Shown: positions 1-8,678 of the stretch, piece after piece
Position numbering within the stretch: the stretch's first letter is position 1
Layout of the letters: the number at the start of each line of letters is the position of its first letter
Source of the DNA: an uncultured Chloroflexia bacterium
GTDB lineage: Bacteria; Chloroflexota; Anaerolineae; JAAYZQ01
Direction: 5' to 3'
Assembly (NCBI GenBank): GCA_963783445.1
Contig: CAWANP010000015.1
Location: forward strand, 216,666-280,665
Length of the DNA: 64,000 bases
Position numbers and translations under genes: made by a program
Notes under the pieces: model-generated
The model's input: the letters and a program-made list of their open reading frames with translations, nothing else
What the model was told of the DNA's origin: nothing
Database searches by the model: none

Positions 1-789
1 TGGACGTGGCCACTTGTGAAGCTGTGGCGGCAAATGTGAGGGATGCGGTGCCTCCGGCTGGTACACGTACCCTGGCCCAGGAGAGGGCCCTGGCCTCAGC
101 GTCGTAGGCGGCAGGGGGCTGGGCGGAATCAGCCGCATAGGTCGTCTCTGCCGGTAGATTGTCGGTTACCTGGACATAGGTGACACCCTCGCTGGCATTG
201 CGCAAGGATATGGTGTAGGTCAGCCTTTCGCCACAGCCTGCCTGAGCGTGCGAGGCATAGGTACGCGATCCAGCCAGATGGGACGGGGGCGCGAGCGGTT
301 CGGGTACCAAGAGCACGGGTACCACGCGCTGCAGGGAGCCGTCTTCCACGGCAATGACGGCCTCATTGATGACGATGGTGGGCGACCTGACCTTGGCGGC
401 CGTGCCCAAGAAAGTGAGGGTTGCCCTGCCCTCCGGCGGTATAATGAGGTCAGGCCAAGAAAGCGCCCTGGCTTGCGCATTGTATGCGGCAGCGGGCAGG
501 GCTGAACCGGCGACATAGCTCACCTCAAGCGGCAAGTGGTCGGTCACCCGGACAGTGGCTTCATCCCTGCCGGTATTTTGCAGCAGGATGGTGTAGGTAA
601 TTGGGTCACCAGAGGTGACCACGTGGTGTGAGGCGATAGTCAGTGAGTCGTTCAGATTGTGGAAGGGAGGCTGGGGTTCGTCTTGTTCTTCCTGTGATGC
701 GACGCCAACGGGTAAGGTAAACAGGTAGATGATACATAGCGCTGCCAGTACCAAGCCTGCCGCCACGAGTCTACGTAGCGGGGGCTCCA
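1..789 (-). CDS. Secreted DUF11 (conserved repeat domain) protein, 5' portion only; the 3' end lies beyond the window start. Start is possibly TTG or GTG.
   Basis: Manual translation of the minus strand gives a signal-peptide-like N-terminus (LVAAGLVLAALCIIYLFTLPVGVAS). Two DUF11-type repeats follow (ITYTILLQNTGRDEATVRVTDHLPLEVSYVAGSA and LTYTISLRNASEGVTYVQVTDNLPAETTYAADSA). The frame is open to position 1. Confidence 0.5.
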
Positions 790-982
790 ACTGACTTGTC
801 AAGGTCTATCCTCCGCCTGCGAGCAGTACCATCTTACCACAAACTTGCGGTGAATGCAAAGGCTGGCTTGGCTGGATGGAAAAGCCTGGCGAAGCCCTGC
901 AAAGGCCCAGCCCACTCGCCGGGCTTTTGCAGGCAAAAGATGTGGCCAGCAAAGATACGGAATTGTCAGTGCGCCAGCGGAG

Positions 983-2440
983 TCAGGCCGCGGCTATCTC
1001 CTCCTCTGCCTGCCGTTTGAGCCGGCTCATCGCGGCCAGGACGTCGTCAGGGAGTGGCGCGACCTCATGGTTCTGGTCGATATCTTCCAGCTTTTCCCGG
1101 ATCCGCTGGTTGATGTCCTTGGCGCCGTCGGCCTGCCAGATAGAGTAGTCTTGCCGGGCCAACAGACTGGGTCGCCACAGTTCCTGCCGGAAACGGCGAT
1201 AGGTATGGTCTTCCTGCAAAAAGTGACCTCCCGGGCCGACCTTTTCCACGACATCCACAGCCAAGGTACCGGCATCGACCTCGATCCCCCGGCAGAAGCG
1301 CTTGGCCATGCCAATCGCTTCGTTACCCAGAACCAGCATCTCTGTAGAGCAGACCATGGCCGAGTCCATGTAGCCTACATCGTGGATCAGGTTCAGGCCA
1401 GCCAGACCCTGGGCCAAAATGGAGAAAGCGCTCTCCATGCCAGCCTGGGGATCCAGAACCTTGGAATCAGTCGCACCCGCCAGGCCCCAGGTGGGCAGGC
1501 CCATCGACCGGGCAACCTCCGCCTGCCCGGCAAGGGCCAGGCTCATTTCTGGCGCAGCTACCGTCAACTGAGTGGTAGACATGTCAAACACCGACATGTT
1601 GGCGCCCAAAACACAGGGAGCGCCAGGCCTGCGCAACTGGGCCAGAACCACGCCCATCAGCGACTCAGCCACAACCTGGGCGATGGCGCCGGCCAGGGTC
1701 ACTGGACCGGTGGCGCCAAATTGGACCGATGGTCCTGGGATCTGGGGCACAAATAGATCGGCCGAGATGAAGATCCGTTCAACGACCTCGTCAGGATACA
1801 CCAGAGGTGAGATGGGCTCCGGATAGGACAGCAGGAAGGGCCGCTCTCTGAGTTCATCCAGGCCGCCGGCGATTTCGGCCGCCATCTCATAGACCCGCTC
1901 CGAGCCGCGAGCGGAGTAGCCGATGAATACGATGGGCTTGGTGGTGTTGGTGACGACGGCCTCAAATTCGTAGACGTCAGCAGCAAGGGCAGGAACGTCC
2001 TGGGACGAACCCATGGGCATCACCCAGTCGATGTTGGGCAGTGCGTCGGCGACCTTGGCCCCAAAGGCAATGTCCGCCACCAGAGTCTCTCGGATCTCGC
2101 CGCTGAATGCGTCCCGGGTCCTGGGGCTGGCCGTCGAAGTGCCGTAGTAGCTTTTCCGCCCTTCAACTTCCATGGCCCGGTTGCCATCGCGGTCAAAGAT
2201 CACAAAGCCCTTGGGAGCCGTCCGGATGCACTCCTCAACGATGTGCTGTGGTACCTTTACCCTTTCCTCCTTGACCAGGGCACCGGCCTGCTTGAGTAGC
2301 CTTCTGGCTCCCTCGTGAAGGACAGTGCAACCGGTGTGTTCCAAGATATCCAGAGCGGCTCGTTTGATCGCCCAGACCTGTGCGTCGTCCAAGACACGAA
2401 AGGATACGGAACTCGATCGAGGAAACGAAGTTTGAATCAT
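983..2440 (-). CDS. MttB-superfamily methyltransferase (trimethylamine / glycine betaine:corrinoid methyltransferase family)
   Basis: The 507-aa ORF 983..2506 matches the MttB family along its length. The likely start is the internal Met (MIQTSFPRS..., ATG complement at 2438-2440). There is no in-frame TAG (pyrrolysine), so this is a non-Pyl MttB homolog. Confidence 0.75.
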   Translation of the reverse strand: MIQTSFPRSSSVSFRVLDDAQVWAIKRAALDILEHTGCTVLHEGARRLLKQAGALVKEERVKVPQHIVEECIRTAPKGFVIFDRDGNRAMEVEGRKSYYGTSTASPRTRDAFSGEIRETLVADIAFGAKVADALPNIDWVMPMGSSQDVPALAADVYEFEAVVTNTTKPIVFIGYSARGSERVYEMAAEIAGGLDELRERPFLLSYPEPISPLVYPDEVVERIFISADLFVPQIPGPSVQFGATGPVTLAGAIAQVVAESLMGVVLAQLRRPGAPCVLGANMSVFDMSTTQLTVAAPEMSLALAGQAEVARSMGLPTWGLAGATDSKVLDPQAGMESAFSILAQGLAGLNLIHDVGYMDSAMVCSTEMLVLGNEAIGMAKRFCRGIEVDAGTLAVDVVEKVGPGGHFLQEDHTYRRFRQELWRPSLLARQDYSIWQADGAKDINQRIREKLEDIDQNHEVAPLPDDVLAAMSRLKRQAEEEIAAA

Positions 2441-2612
2441 GACTGTCGACTCCTTGTGATGGGCTAAGGTTCGCCAATTATAACATAATTGGCAGCCATA
2501 GCACAATCAGCTGCACGTGGGTCGGTGGGGAAGGCTCACCTTTGGAGGTAGGGCCGGTTGAGTGCTCTGCGCGACCTGCGTAGGTGGCGGCGAGATAGAC
2601 TGAGCTGTGAGC

Positions 2613-3086
2613 CTAGGGAACTTGCGACGAAGACTTGTGGTCGGTTGGGCCCGCAACCCCTTGGGTCCGCTTGACCATGCAAAGCGTGTTTCCATCCTTG
2701 GCACTGAAATGATACTGCACGTCATCCATCATCTGGTGCAAAAGATAGACACCGAGGCCGCCCAGAGGCCGCCTTTCAAGGGGGGCCGTCACGTCTGGAA
2801 TGGGTACCTTGGCTGGATCAAAGGTCGTACCCCAGTCACGGATGGTGACTCGGACACAGTCATCCTGCGTCTCCAGGGTTATCTCCATCGGCCCGCCTTG
2901 ACCAGCATAGGCATGCTCGATCACGTTGGTGCAGGCTTCTCCCACGACCGTATGCAGGGTGTACAGAGTCTGGTCGTCCAGATCTTGATCCTGGCCTACC
3001 TGTTCCACAAAAGCGTGGATCGTTGCCATCTGGGAGAGATCGGCAGAGAGACTCAGCGGGGACATGTGGTCAGGACTCACGTTCAA
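2613..3086 (-). CDS. Anti-sigma regulatory factor / RsbW-SpoIIAB-like serine kinase (HATPase_c_2)
   Basis: 157-aa ORF with an N-box-like LHTVVGEACTNVIEHAY and a G-box GGLGVYLL. It lies downstream of the STAS and PP2C genes on the same strand. Confidence 0.7.
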   Translation of the reverse strand: MNVSPDHMSPLSLSADLSQMATIHAFVEQVGQDQDLDDQTLYTLHTVVGEACTNVIEHAYAGQGGPMEITLETQDDCVRVTIRDWGTTFDPAKVPIPDVTAPLERRPLGGLGVYLLHQMMDDVQYHFSAKDGNTLCMVKRTQGVAGPTDHKSSSQVP

Positions 3087-3194
3087 GCATCATCGACGGG
3101 GAATAATCGTCCACTCCCTGAGGAATGGTGCAGCCTGGGGTGTCGACTTGCCATTTCGGGCTGGCCGTACGGTTGCTGCTTCGCCCTGAAGGCA

Positions 3195-5000
3195 TCAGGC
3201 ACCCGAGGGATCTCGGCGGACTACAAACAGGGTAAGGTCATCTGACTGGGGGATGTCACCCGTAAAAGCGCGGATGGCCTTGACAATGGCCTCCTGGAGT
3301 TCCTGCGCACTGGCCCGGTCACTTGCTCTTAACGCCTCCTCGAGCCGGTCTTGGCCAAAGAGCACATGGTTGATGTCCATCGCCTCAGTCACGCCATCGG
3401 TATAAAAGATCAAATAGTCGCCAGGTTCCACGGTGACTTTCAGGTCTTCGAGTTCTATCTCGCCAAAGATACCCAGTACGATGCCCTGGGCGCGAAGCTC
3501 CTGGATCTCACCCGTGCCGGGACGGAACCAAAGTGGAGGGTTGTGACCGGCATTGGTATAGGTGATCTGGCCCGTCCCAACATCGAGCACAGCATAGAAG
3601 GCGGTCAAGAACAGGTCAGCCTTCCTGCCCTGCAGCAACAGGCTGTTGGCCAGCGACAGGGCAGCTTTGGGGCTGCGTCTGGCCAGGGCCGTGGTACGGA
3701 TCATGGTCGATCCTCGGGCCATGAATAGGGCCGCGGGCACACCTTTGCCAGCCACATCGGCAATGACCATGCCCAGACGCTTGGGCTCTCCGGGCAGTTC
3801 AATAAAGTCATAAAAGTCGCCGCCGACCTCGCGCGCAGCCTGGTAGAACGTGGCAAACTCCCAGCCTGGTACCGATGGACATCTCTCTGGCAACAGTCCG
3901 ATCTGAATCTGCTGGCCCAAGGCAAGATCTCTTTCCAGAGCCTGCATCTTGAGCTCTTCTTCGTGCAAACGAGCCTTGTCAATGGCCATAGCGGCCTGGT
4001 TGGCCATCAGGTACAGGAAACGGACTTCACCGGCTTGTGGGGACCGGGGTTCCCGCTGATTCAGGATCAGGACACCTAACGCATCGCCATTCAACAGCAG
4101 GGGCACAATCGCGTACGCGACAAAGCCTTCCTCCTGCAGCCACTCGGGCATCCAGGTAGGTTCTTCCTCATGGATATCTGCCACCAGGAGGGTTTGCCGG
4201 GTGTGCATCACCTGTCCGGGACCGCTTCGGCTGTCCGCCGGAACCTTCCGCCGCTCTTTGCCCGGATCGTGGCGCCAGCCGCTCGTAGCCCGGTACTCGA
4301 GAAAGCCAGGCACATCGCTGGGCAGCAGCAGGGCAGCGGCATCGGCGGAGAGGAGCTTTCGAACTTCTTGGACGAGGTGTTCGATGAGATCAGACAGATC
4401 TAGATGGCTCAAAAGTTGGCGCGAGAGGCTGAGCAGCGCTTCCTGCTCGTGCCAGCGCTGATCGCGCAACAGGTCAAAGAAGCGTGCCCGTTCCAGTGCG
4501 ATCCCCATCTGGCTGCCGACATTGGTCAGCAGGCTCAGAGCCTGGGGACTAAAAGAGTCCCAGTCTGCTGCCGCCACATTCAGCATGCCCAGGACACGGT
4601 CTCCTGAGCGAAGCGGCGCCGATGCGTGTACGGTCAGCCCGCGCCGATCTCCCCGGACCCGGCTGAGACGGTTGCAGTACACTTCGTTGTATGCCTTGGT
4701 CACATCACCAGACATGGCAAGTTCCCGGCAGGTGCAGCTTCCCTCCCAGGCTTCCGTGTTGTCAAGGGACAGAGCTGGGGGCAGGTTGTGGTGCGCGGCC
4801 AGGGCAAAGGTCCCATTTTCCCCGGTACCTTGGTCCTGCGGGTCCTTGAGTATGATCCAGCCGGTCTCCAGGCCCATCAACTCAACCAAATGCGCCAAGG
4901 CGTCGTTGAGCACGCTGCGAACATCTACCGCCTGGTTCAGGGTATCGGAGATGTGGTTCAGGGTTGTCAGTTTCTCAATCAGGTCGGTTTCTGTGGGCAT
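3195..5000 (-). CDS. GAF-GAF-PP2C (SpoIIE/RsbU-type) serine phosphatase
   Basis: 601 aa. There are two GAF-like regions followed by a C-terminal PP2C domain (GDFYDFIEL...GMVIADVAGKGVPAALFMA...FYTDGVTEA). Confidence 0.85.
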   Translation of the reverse strand: MPTETDLIEKLTTLNHISDTLNQAVDVRSVLNDALAHLVELMGLETGWIILKDPQDQGTGENGTFALAAHHNLPPALSLDNTEAWEGSCTCRELAMSGDVTKAYNEVYCNRLSRVRGDRRGLTVHASAPLRSGDRVLGMLNVAAADWDSFSPQALSLLTNVGSQMGIALERARFFDLLRDQRWHEQEALLSLSRQLLSHLDLSDLIEHLVQEVRKLLSADAAALLLPSDVPGFLEYRATSGWRHDPGKERRKVPADSRSGPGQVMHTRQTLLVADIHEEEPTWMPEWLQEEGFVAYAIVPLLLNGDALGVLILNQREPRSPQAGEVRFLYLMANQAAMAIDKARLHEEELKMQALERDLALGQQIQIGLLPERCPSVPGWEFATFYQAAREVGGDFYDFIELPGEPKRLGMVIADVAGKGVPAALFMARGSTMIRTTALARRSPKAALSLANSLLLQGRKADLFLTAFYAVLDVGTGQITYTNAGHNPPLWFRPGTGEIQELRAQGIVLGIFGEIELEDLKVTVEPGDYLIFYTDGVTEAMDINHVLFGQDRLEEALRASDRASAQELQEAIVKAIRAFTGDIPQSDDLTLFVVRRDPSGA

Positions 5001-5060
5001 CGAAGGCGTTCCGTCTCAACGGACTGAAGCCAGGACCTGCCGGCTCCAGATAACTCACTG

Positions 5061-5459
5061 CTAGAATGAGGCCAAGGCTTTGCGCTTGCTGGAGTAGACA
5101 TCCAGAAACATATCAAAACCCGTGGCCTTGAGTACCTGGAGGACATCGGAACTGGGATTCAGCAGCTTCAAGTGGGAGGAGTGATAGGTCCCAGCCTTGA
5201 TCCCATCCCGCATGGCCTCGTCACTTTGCTCGGGCGAATCTGTGCGCAGCAGCAAGAATAGCTGGTGAATGGCACGCAGACCCGCACTGCTCAGAAAAGT
5301 CACCTTGCTCAAGTCGAGCAGCAGATAGCGCATTCCGGCGTCAAAAGAATCCTGAGCTTGCTGGACCAACTGGCCTTCCGTTTCCGCCGTCAGCTCACCC
5401 TTTATCTGGAACACTGTCACGGGGACACGTGCTTTTCCCTCTGACACAACGATCTCCAT
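5061..5459 (-). CDS. STAS-domain anti-sigma-factor antagonist (RsbV/SpoIIAA-like)
   Basis: STAS signature LLLDLSKVTFLSSAGLRAI. The likely start is MEIVV (ATG complement at 5457-5459). An AT-rich promoter-like region lies upstream (5640-5700). Confidence 0.7.
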   Translation of the reverse strand: MEIVVSEGKARVPVTVFQIKGELTAETEGQLVQQAQDSFDAGMRYLLLDLSKVTFLSSAGLRAIHQLFLLLRTDSPEQSDEAMRDGIKAGTYHSSHLKLLNPSSDVLQVLKATGFDMFLDVYSSKRKALASF

Positions 5460-6046
5460 GGTTGATGACCCCTTTCTGTATCCATGGTGCAACTTTGACT
5501 GGAGATCAACCCGTGGGGGGCGTTCTCCTATCCCATCCACTGCGAGAATCTATGCTCTGCAATCTCTTTTCAGAACCATCCCAAGCCGCACCTCCACATG
5601 GTCCTGCTCGTGACCATTATAGACCCAAACGAGCGACTTGTCAAGTTAAAGCAAGATAAAAATGATTATATTTATGGTGAGCGATAGGATCTTCTCCTGA
5701 ACTTGGGGCAGATGACCGATCGTGAGAGTGGCATGGCTCCCTCGCTGCCTACCATCTACTTGGTTGTGCTACTCGCGAGGTAGTTGGCCGATCACCTGGA
5801 ACGTGTTGAGGATCCTGTCAAGCGCTTCAAGGTCCGCTTCGCTAGCGATCTGAATCTGGAGCCAGATCAGGTATGATTGGTCCTCCGGTACGGCAGCCAG
5901 ATTGAGGAAATCACTGCCCTCCCCACCGCAATTGGCATAGTGATCGTACAGACCTGTGTGGGCAGCGTCTTGATACTCTTTGCGTCCTTCGTACTGGCAG
6001 TCGCCAGAGAAATCATACTCCTCCAGGTTCAGCAGTCCCTCTCCCG

Positions 6047-6928
6047 TCATTGCTTCCAGGAGTGTGCTGGAGGCTCCAAAAAACGCGCCTGGCTCTGCCC
6101 AGGGGTACAAAAGCCCTCCAAGCTGGCCGAGGCGACGATGGCGCTTCCAAGGACCTGACCTTCAATCTGCCAGGGCTTGGTGCTAACATTCCCCCAGGCG
6201 ACAAGAGTCTCCATCGTCAACGCGCCCGAGTCGTCCCTGACGAAGGCGTACTCCGAGTAGCTTGAGGTAACGCTGTCGCTGCCAGCGCTGGCGTCGCCGG
6301 TATCGACCTCCTGGGCAAAGGAGAACGCTTGCTCCAGGACCCGGCTGTTGAGCTGGCCCTCAAGAACCTCTTCGGTCGAGAAGCGGACGATCTTCAGGTC
6401 AAGCGTATCGCCCGGCTGGTGCGTGCGCAGGATGTCGCAGCAGTCGGATTTGGCAAAGTCGGTAGCCAGGACGAGTCCCTGCAGCTCGTTGATGATGTCG
6501 CCACCTTTCACGCCAGCCTGGTCGGCGGGAGATCCCGATTCTACCGAGGAGACCCAGATGCCGGACAGGCCCTCGCCATTGTTCACCGCCTCACTGTTTA
6601 CGCCGATTGAATCGACGTCCCGGCCTGCTCTCAACTGCTCGATGACCGGCAGCGCTTCAGCCCGAGCAATGGCAAAATGCTGTTCCGTCTCCGAGTTGCC
6701 CACACAGTGGATGGCTACTACCTTGCCATCCTCGGTGACCACGGGGCCGCCTGAGTTGCCGGGGTTGGTCAGGGCGCTGTGCTCGATGACCGAGTCCACC
6801 GAGGCCCACTTGCTCTCACCACTGGCTTTTTCTTTGGACACGATCCCCTGCAACAGTGTGTATTCTGGGTCGCCCAAGGGGAAGCCGGCGGCCTCTATCT
6901 GCACCGTAGCGCTTTTCACATCCTGCAA
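6047..6928 (-). CDS. Trypsin-like (S1C/HtrA-type) serine protease C-terminal barrel plus PDZ domain. The N-terminal His/Asp half is missing, so this is probably a disrupted gene.
   Basis: GNSGGP active-site Ser motif and a PDZ segment (GIWVSSVESGSPADQAGVKGGDII). The ORF begins with TTG. No His/Asp barrel is encoded upstream in any frame. Confidence 0.55.
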   Translation of the reverse strand: MQDVKSATVQIEAAGFPLGDPEYTLLQGIVSKEKASGESKWASVDSVIEHSALTNPGNSGGPVVTEDGKVVAIHCVGNSETEQHFAIARAEALPVIEQLRAGRDVDSIGVNSEAVNNGEGLSGIWVSSVESGSPADQAGVKGGDIINELQGLVLATDFAKSDCCDILRTHQPGDTLDLKIVRFSTEEVLEGQLNSRVLEQAFSFAQEVDTGDASAGSDSVTSSYSEYAFVRDDSGALTMETLVAWGNVSTKPWQIEGQVLGSAIVASASLEGFCTPGQSQARFLEPPAHSWKQ

Positions 6929-6941
6929 GCTGGATACGGCC

Positions 6942-7439
6942 TTACCCGTGGTGGTCTGTTGAGACTGCGTCGGCCTCGGCTGGCACTGGGGTTGGCGCCT
7001 CGAGGGCGCCGCCAGGCCCGACTACCTCAAACCCGTAGGTTCCAGCGGGAGTCCCATTGACGTACAGCCTCGCCTCATACTCGTTGCCCACAGGGAATGG
7101 GTCGTCGGGGGTCAAAGTGAAACCAACGAGGGTGTTGCCGCCAACCATGAAAATGAGCCCTTCCTCTTGCCACAATTCTGCCAGATCAAGGCTGACCTCG
7201 GTTATCTCCTGGTTCCCATAGATAAAGCGTACACCCACCACGCCCTCTCTGGGATTGCCATCGAGGGTGGCCGAAAGATGGACTGTCTCCTCGGGCAGAA
7301 ATTCGCTGCCTGGATCGATGGGCTCCATCTGTTCGCCCAGACTGCGGGCATAGGTGGCATCCAGGATCTCGGGAGGCCCTTCTGGTTCGTCAGAGCCGCC
7401 ACCACAGGCCGCGACCATCAGGGCCAGAACCACGGGCAT
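6942..7439 (-). CDS. Lipoprotein of unknown function, possibly the N-terminal part of the disrupted protease gene
   Basis: Lipobox-like N-terminus MPVVLALMVAACGGGS. It ends 14 nt before the protease fragment, in another frame. Confidence 0.4.
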   Translation of the reverse strand: MPVVLALMVAACGGGSDEPEGPPEILDATYARSLGEQMEPIDPGSEFLPEETVHLSATLDGNPREGVVGVRFIYGNQEITEVSLDLAELWQEEGLIFMVGGNTLVGFTLTPDDPFPVGNEYEARLYVNGTPAGTYGFEVVGPGGALEAPTPVPAEADAVSTDHHG

Positions 7440-7454
7440 TACCGCCCCGTTTCC

Positions 7455-7898
7455 TCAATTGTCCCCTGCTTCTAGCGGGTAGCCGGCCGCATTCCAGGCT
7501 GCCAGCCCGCCCTCTAGCGCGTAGACTTGGGCCGGATCCGTTCCCTCTTTGATCACTGTCAGCGCCGCACGGGCGCTGGTCTCTTCAGCCGGTCAAGTTC
7601 AGTAGAAAACCAGTGATTTGTCGGCCGGAAGCTCAGCGGAGCGCGCGGCTGCCTCGCCAGCGGGGAAAGAGATGGCTCCAGCTGCGTGGGCCTGCTGGTA
7701 TGCGGCCTCAGAACGGGCGTCGTAGATCAGTGCATCGCCGCTATCCTGCAGTGCCTTGGCGTCTGCCGCAGTGATGCGCTGGATATCGTCAGCACTCTCC
7801 ACCACAACCTGCGGCTCGGTTGCGGGTGCAGAGCTGCCGCAAGCGGCCAATGCGAGGACTAGGCCAGTCAGGACCATCGATACAAACCATCTGTTCAT
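7455..7898 (-). CDS. Rhodanese-like sulfurtransferase lipoprotein with two in-frame TGA codons at the catalytic loop. It is a candidate selenoprotein (UxU); a pseudogene is the alternative.
   Basis: Lipoprotein signal MNRWFVSMVLTGLVLALAACGSS, then a rhodanese fold (...DALIYDARSEAAYQQAHAAGAISFP...KSLVFY). TGA occurs at the complement of 7599-7601 and 7593-7595. The same frame continues PAEETSARAALTVIKEGTDPAQVYALEGGLAAWNAAGYPLEAGDN to a stop at 7455-7457. Confidence 0.5.
7560..7578 (-). ncRNA. Candidate SECIS-like hairpin (CAGCGCC-CGUGC-GGCGCUG) 17 nt downstream of the second in-frame UGA of the rhodanese gene
   Basis: Perfect 7-bp GC stem with a 5-nt loop containing G and U. Its position is in the range typical for bacterial SECIS elements, but it is unverified. 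Confidence 0.3.
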
Positions 7899-7996
7899 TT
7901 GCAGCTCCTTCTTTAGACTGGAGGGGACCCGATCTACTCTGAGGTCTCCCGATCTAGAATCTTCTTCTTCGGCGCATATGCGGGCGGGCAGCCCTT

Positions 7997-8488
7997 TCAT
8001 AGAGCGCTGCGCGCAGCAGTATGGCTACCCCCTGCATTCGTCTCAGCGCCCGCCTGCACCCCCTCCAGGCCAAGCTCCCGCGCCTGATCGCAGAGGTCGG
8101 CAAGGGTGATGGAATCCAAGAACTCTGCCATTGTCGCCGATAGCTGCATCCACAGGTGATGCGTTACGCAACACTCTAGTCTGTGGCAGGGGTCCTCTTG
8201 TACGGGCAGGACGCAATCCACGACGGCAATGGGACCCTCCGCGGCGCGTACTATTTCGCCAATGCGGATCAATCCAGGATCTCGGGCGAGGATATAGCCA
8301 CCGCGCGGTCCTTTGACACCTAGTACCAGCCCGGCGTTGCGAAGTTGCTGGAACAAATGGGCCACATAGTCGGACGAGATCTCCTGCCGAATTGCCAGCT
8401 CATGGCGCGGAACAGGTTCCGCAGAGGCGTGCAGCGCCAGGTCAAGCATCGCTCGCAAGGCGTAGCGCCCGCGCGTTGAGACCTTCAT
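7997..8488 (-). CDS. Rrf2-family transcriptional regulator (IscR/NsrR-like, Cys-containing)
   Basis: MKVSTRGRYALRAMLDLA wHTH N-terminus plus a Cys cluster CVLPVQEDPCHRLECC. Confidence 0.8.
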   Translation of the reverse strand: MKVSTRGRYALRAMLDLALHASAEPVPRHELAIRQEISSDYVAHLFQQLRNAGLVLGVKGPRGGYILARDPGLIRIGEIVRAAEGPIAVVDCVLPVQEDPCHRLECCVTHHLWMQLSATMAEFLDSITLADLCDQARELGLEGVQAGAETNAGGSHTAARSAL

Positions 8489-8524
8489 CATGCGACTCAC
8501 TCCCCCTTTTCCCTATTATACAAT

Positions 8525-8545
8525 AGTTGAGGATTTGTGTCAACT
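8525..8545. promoter_or_regulatory. Inverted repeat AGTTGA-N9-TCAACT immediately upstream of the Rrf2 gene; possible autoregulatory operator
   Basis: Perfect 6-bp arms read directly from the sequence. It lies between the Rrf2 start and the YibE/F gene end. Confidence 0.3.
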
Positions 8546-8678
8546 TCTCACCTTCAGGGCCAAGCTGGCCACGGGCTGGCTTGGAACACAAGGCCGAAGG
8601 AATAGTTCCCTTCAGGGAAGAGTCTGCCCAGGCAGTAGGGGGCTGGTGGCCTCGACAGGGTGGAGTCCTTGAGCGGGA

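Noticed and set aside
854-1756. 300-aa plus-strand ORF
   Set aside because: It is entirely antisense to the MttB-family gene. The composition is biased (R/G/A-rich) and there is no domain signature.
7593-7601. Alternative genetic code (UGA = Trp or Gly) as the explanation for the in-frame TGAs
   Set aside because: All other long genes in the window terminate normally, and TGA is used as a conventional stop, for example at the 3' end of this same rhodanese gene (7455-7457). A high-GC genome is also unlike known UGA-recoding lineages.
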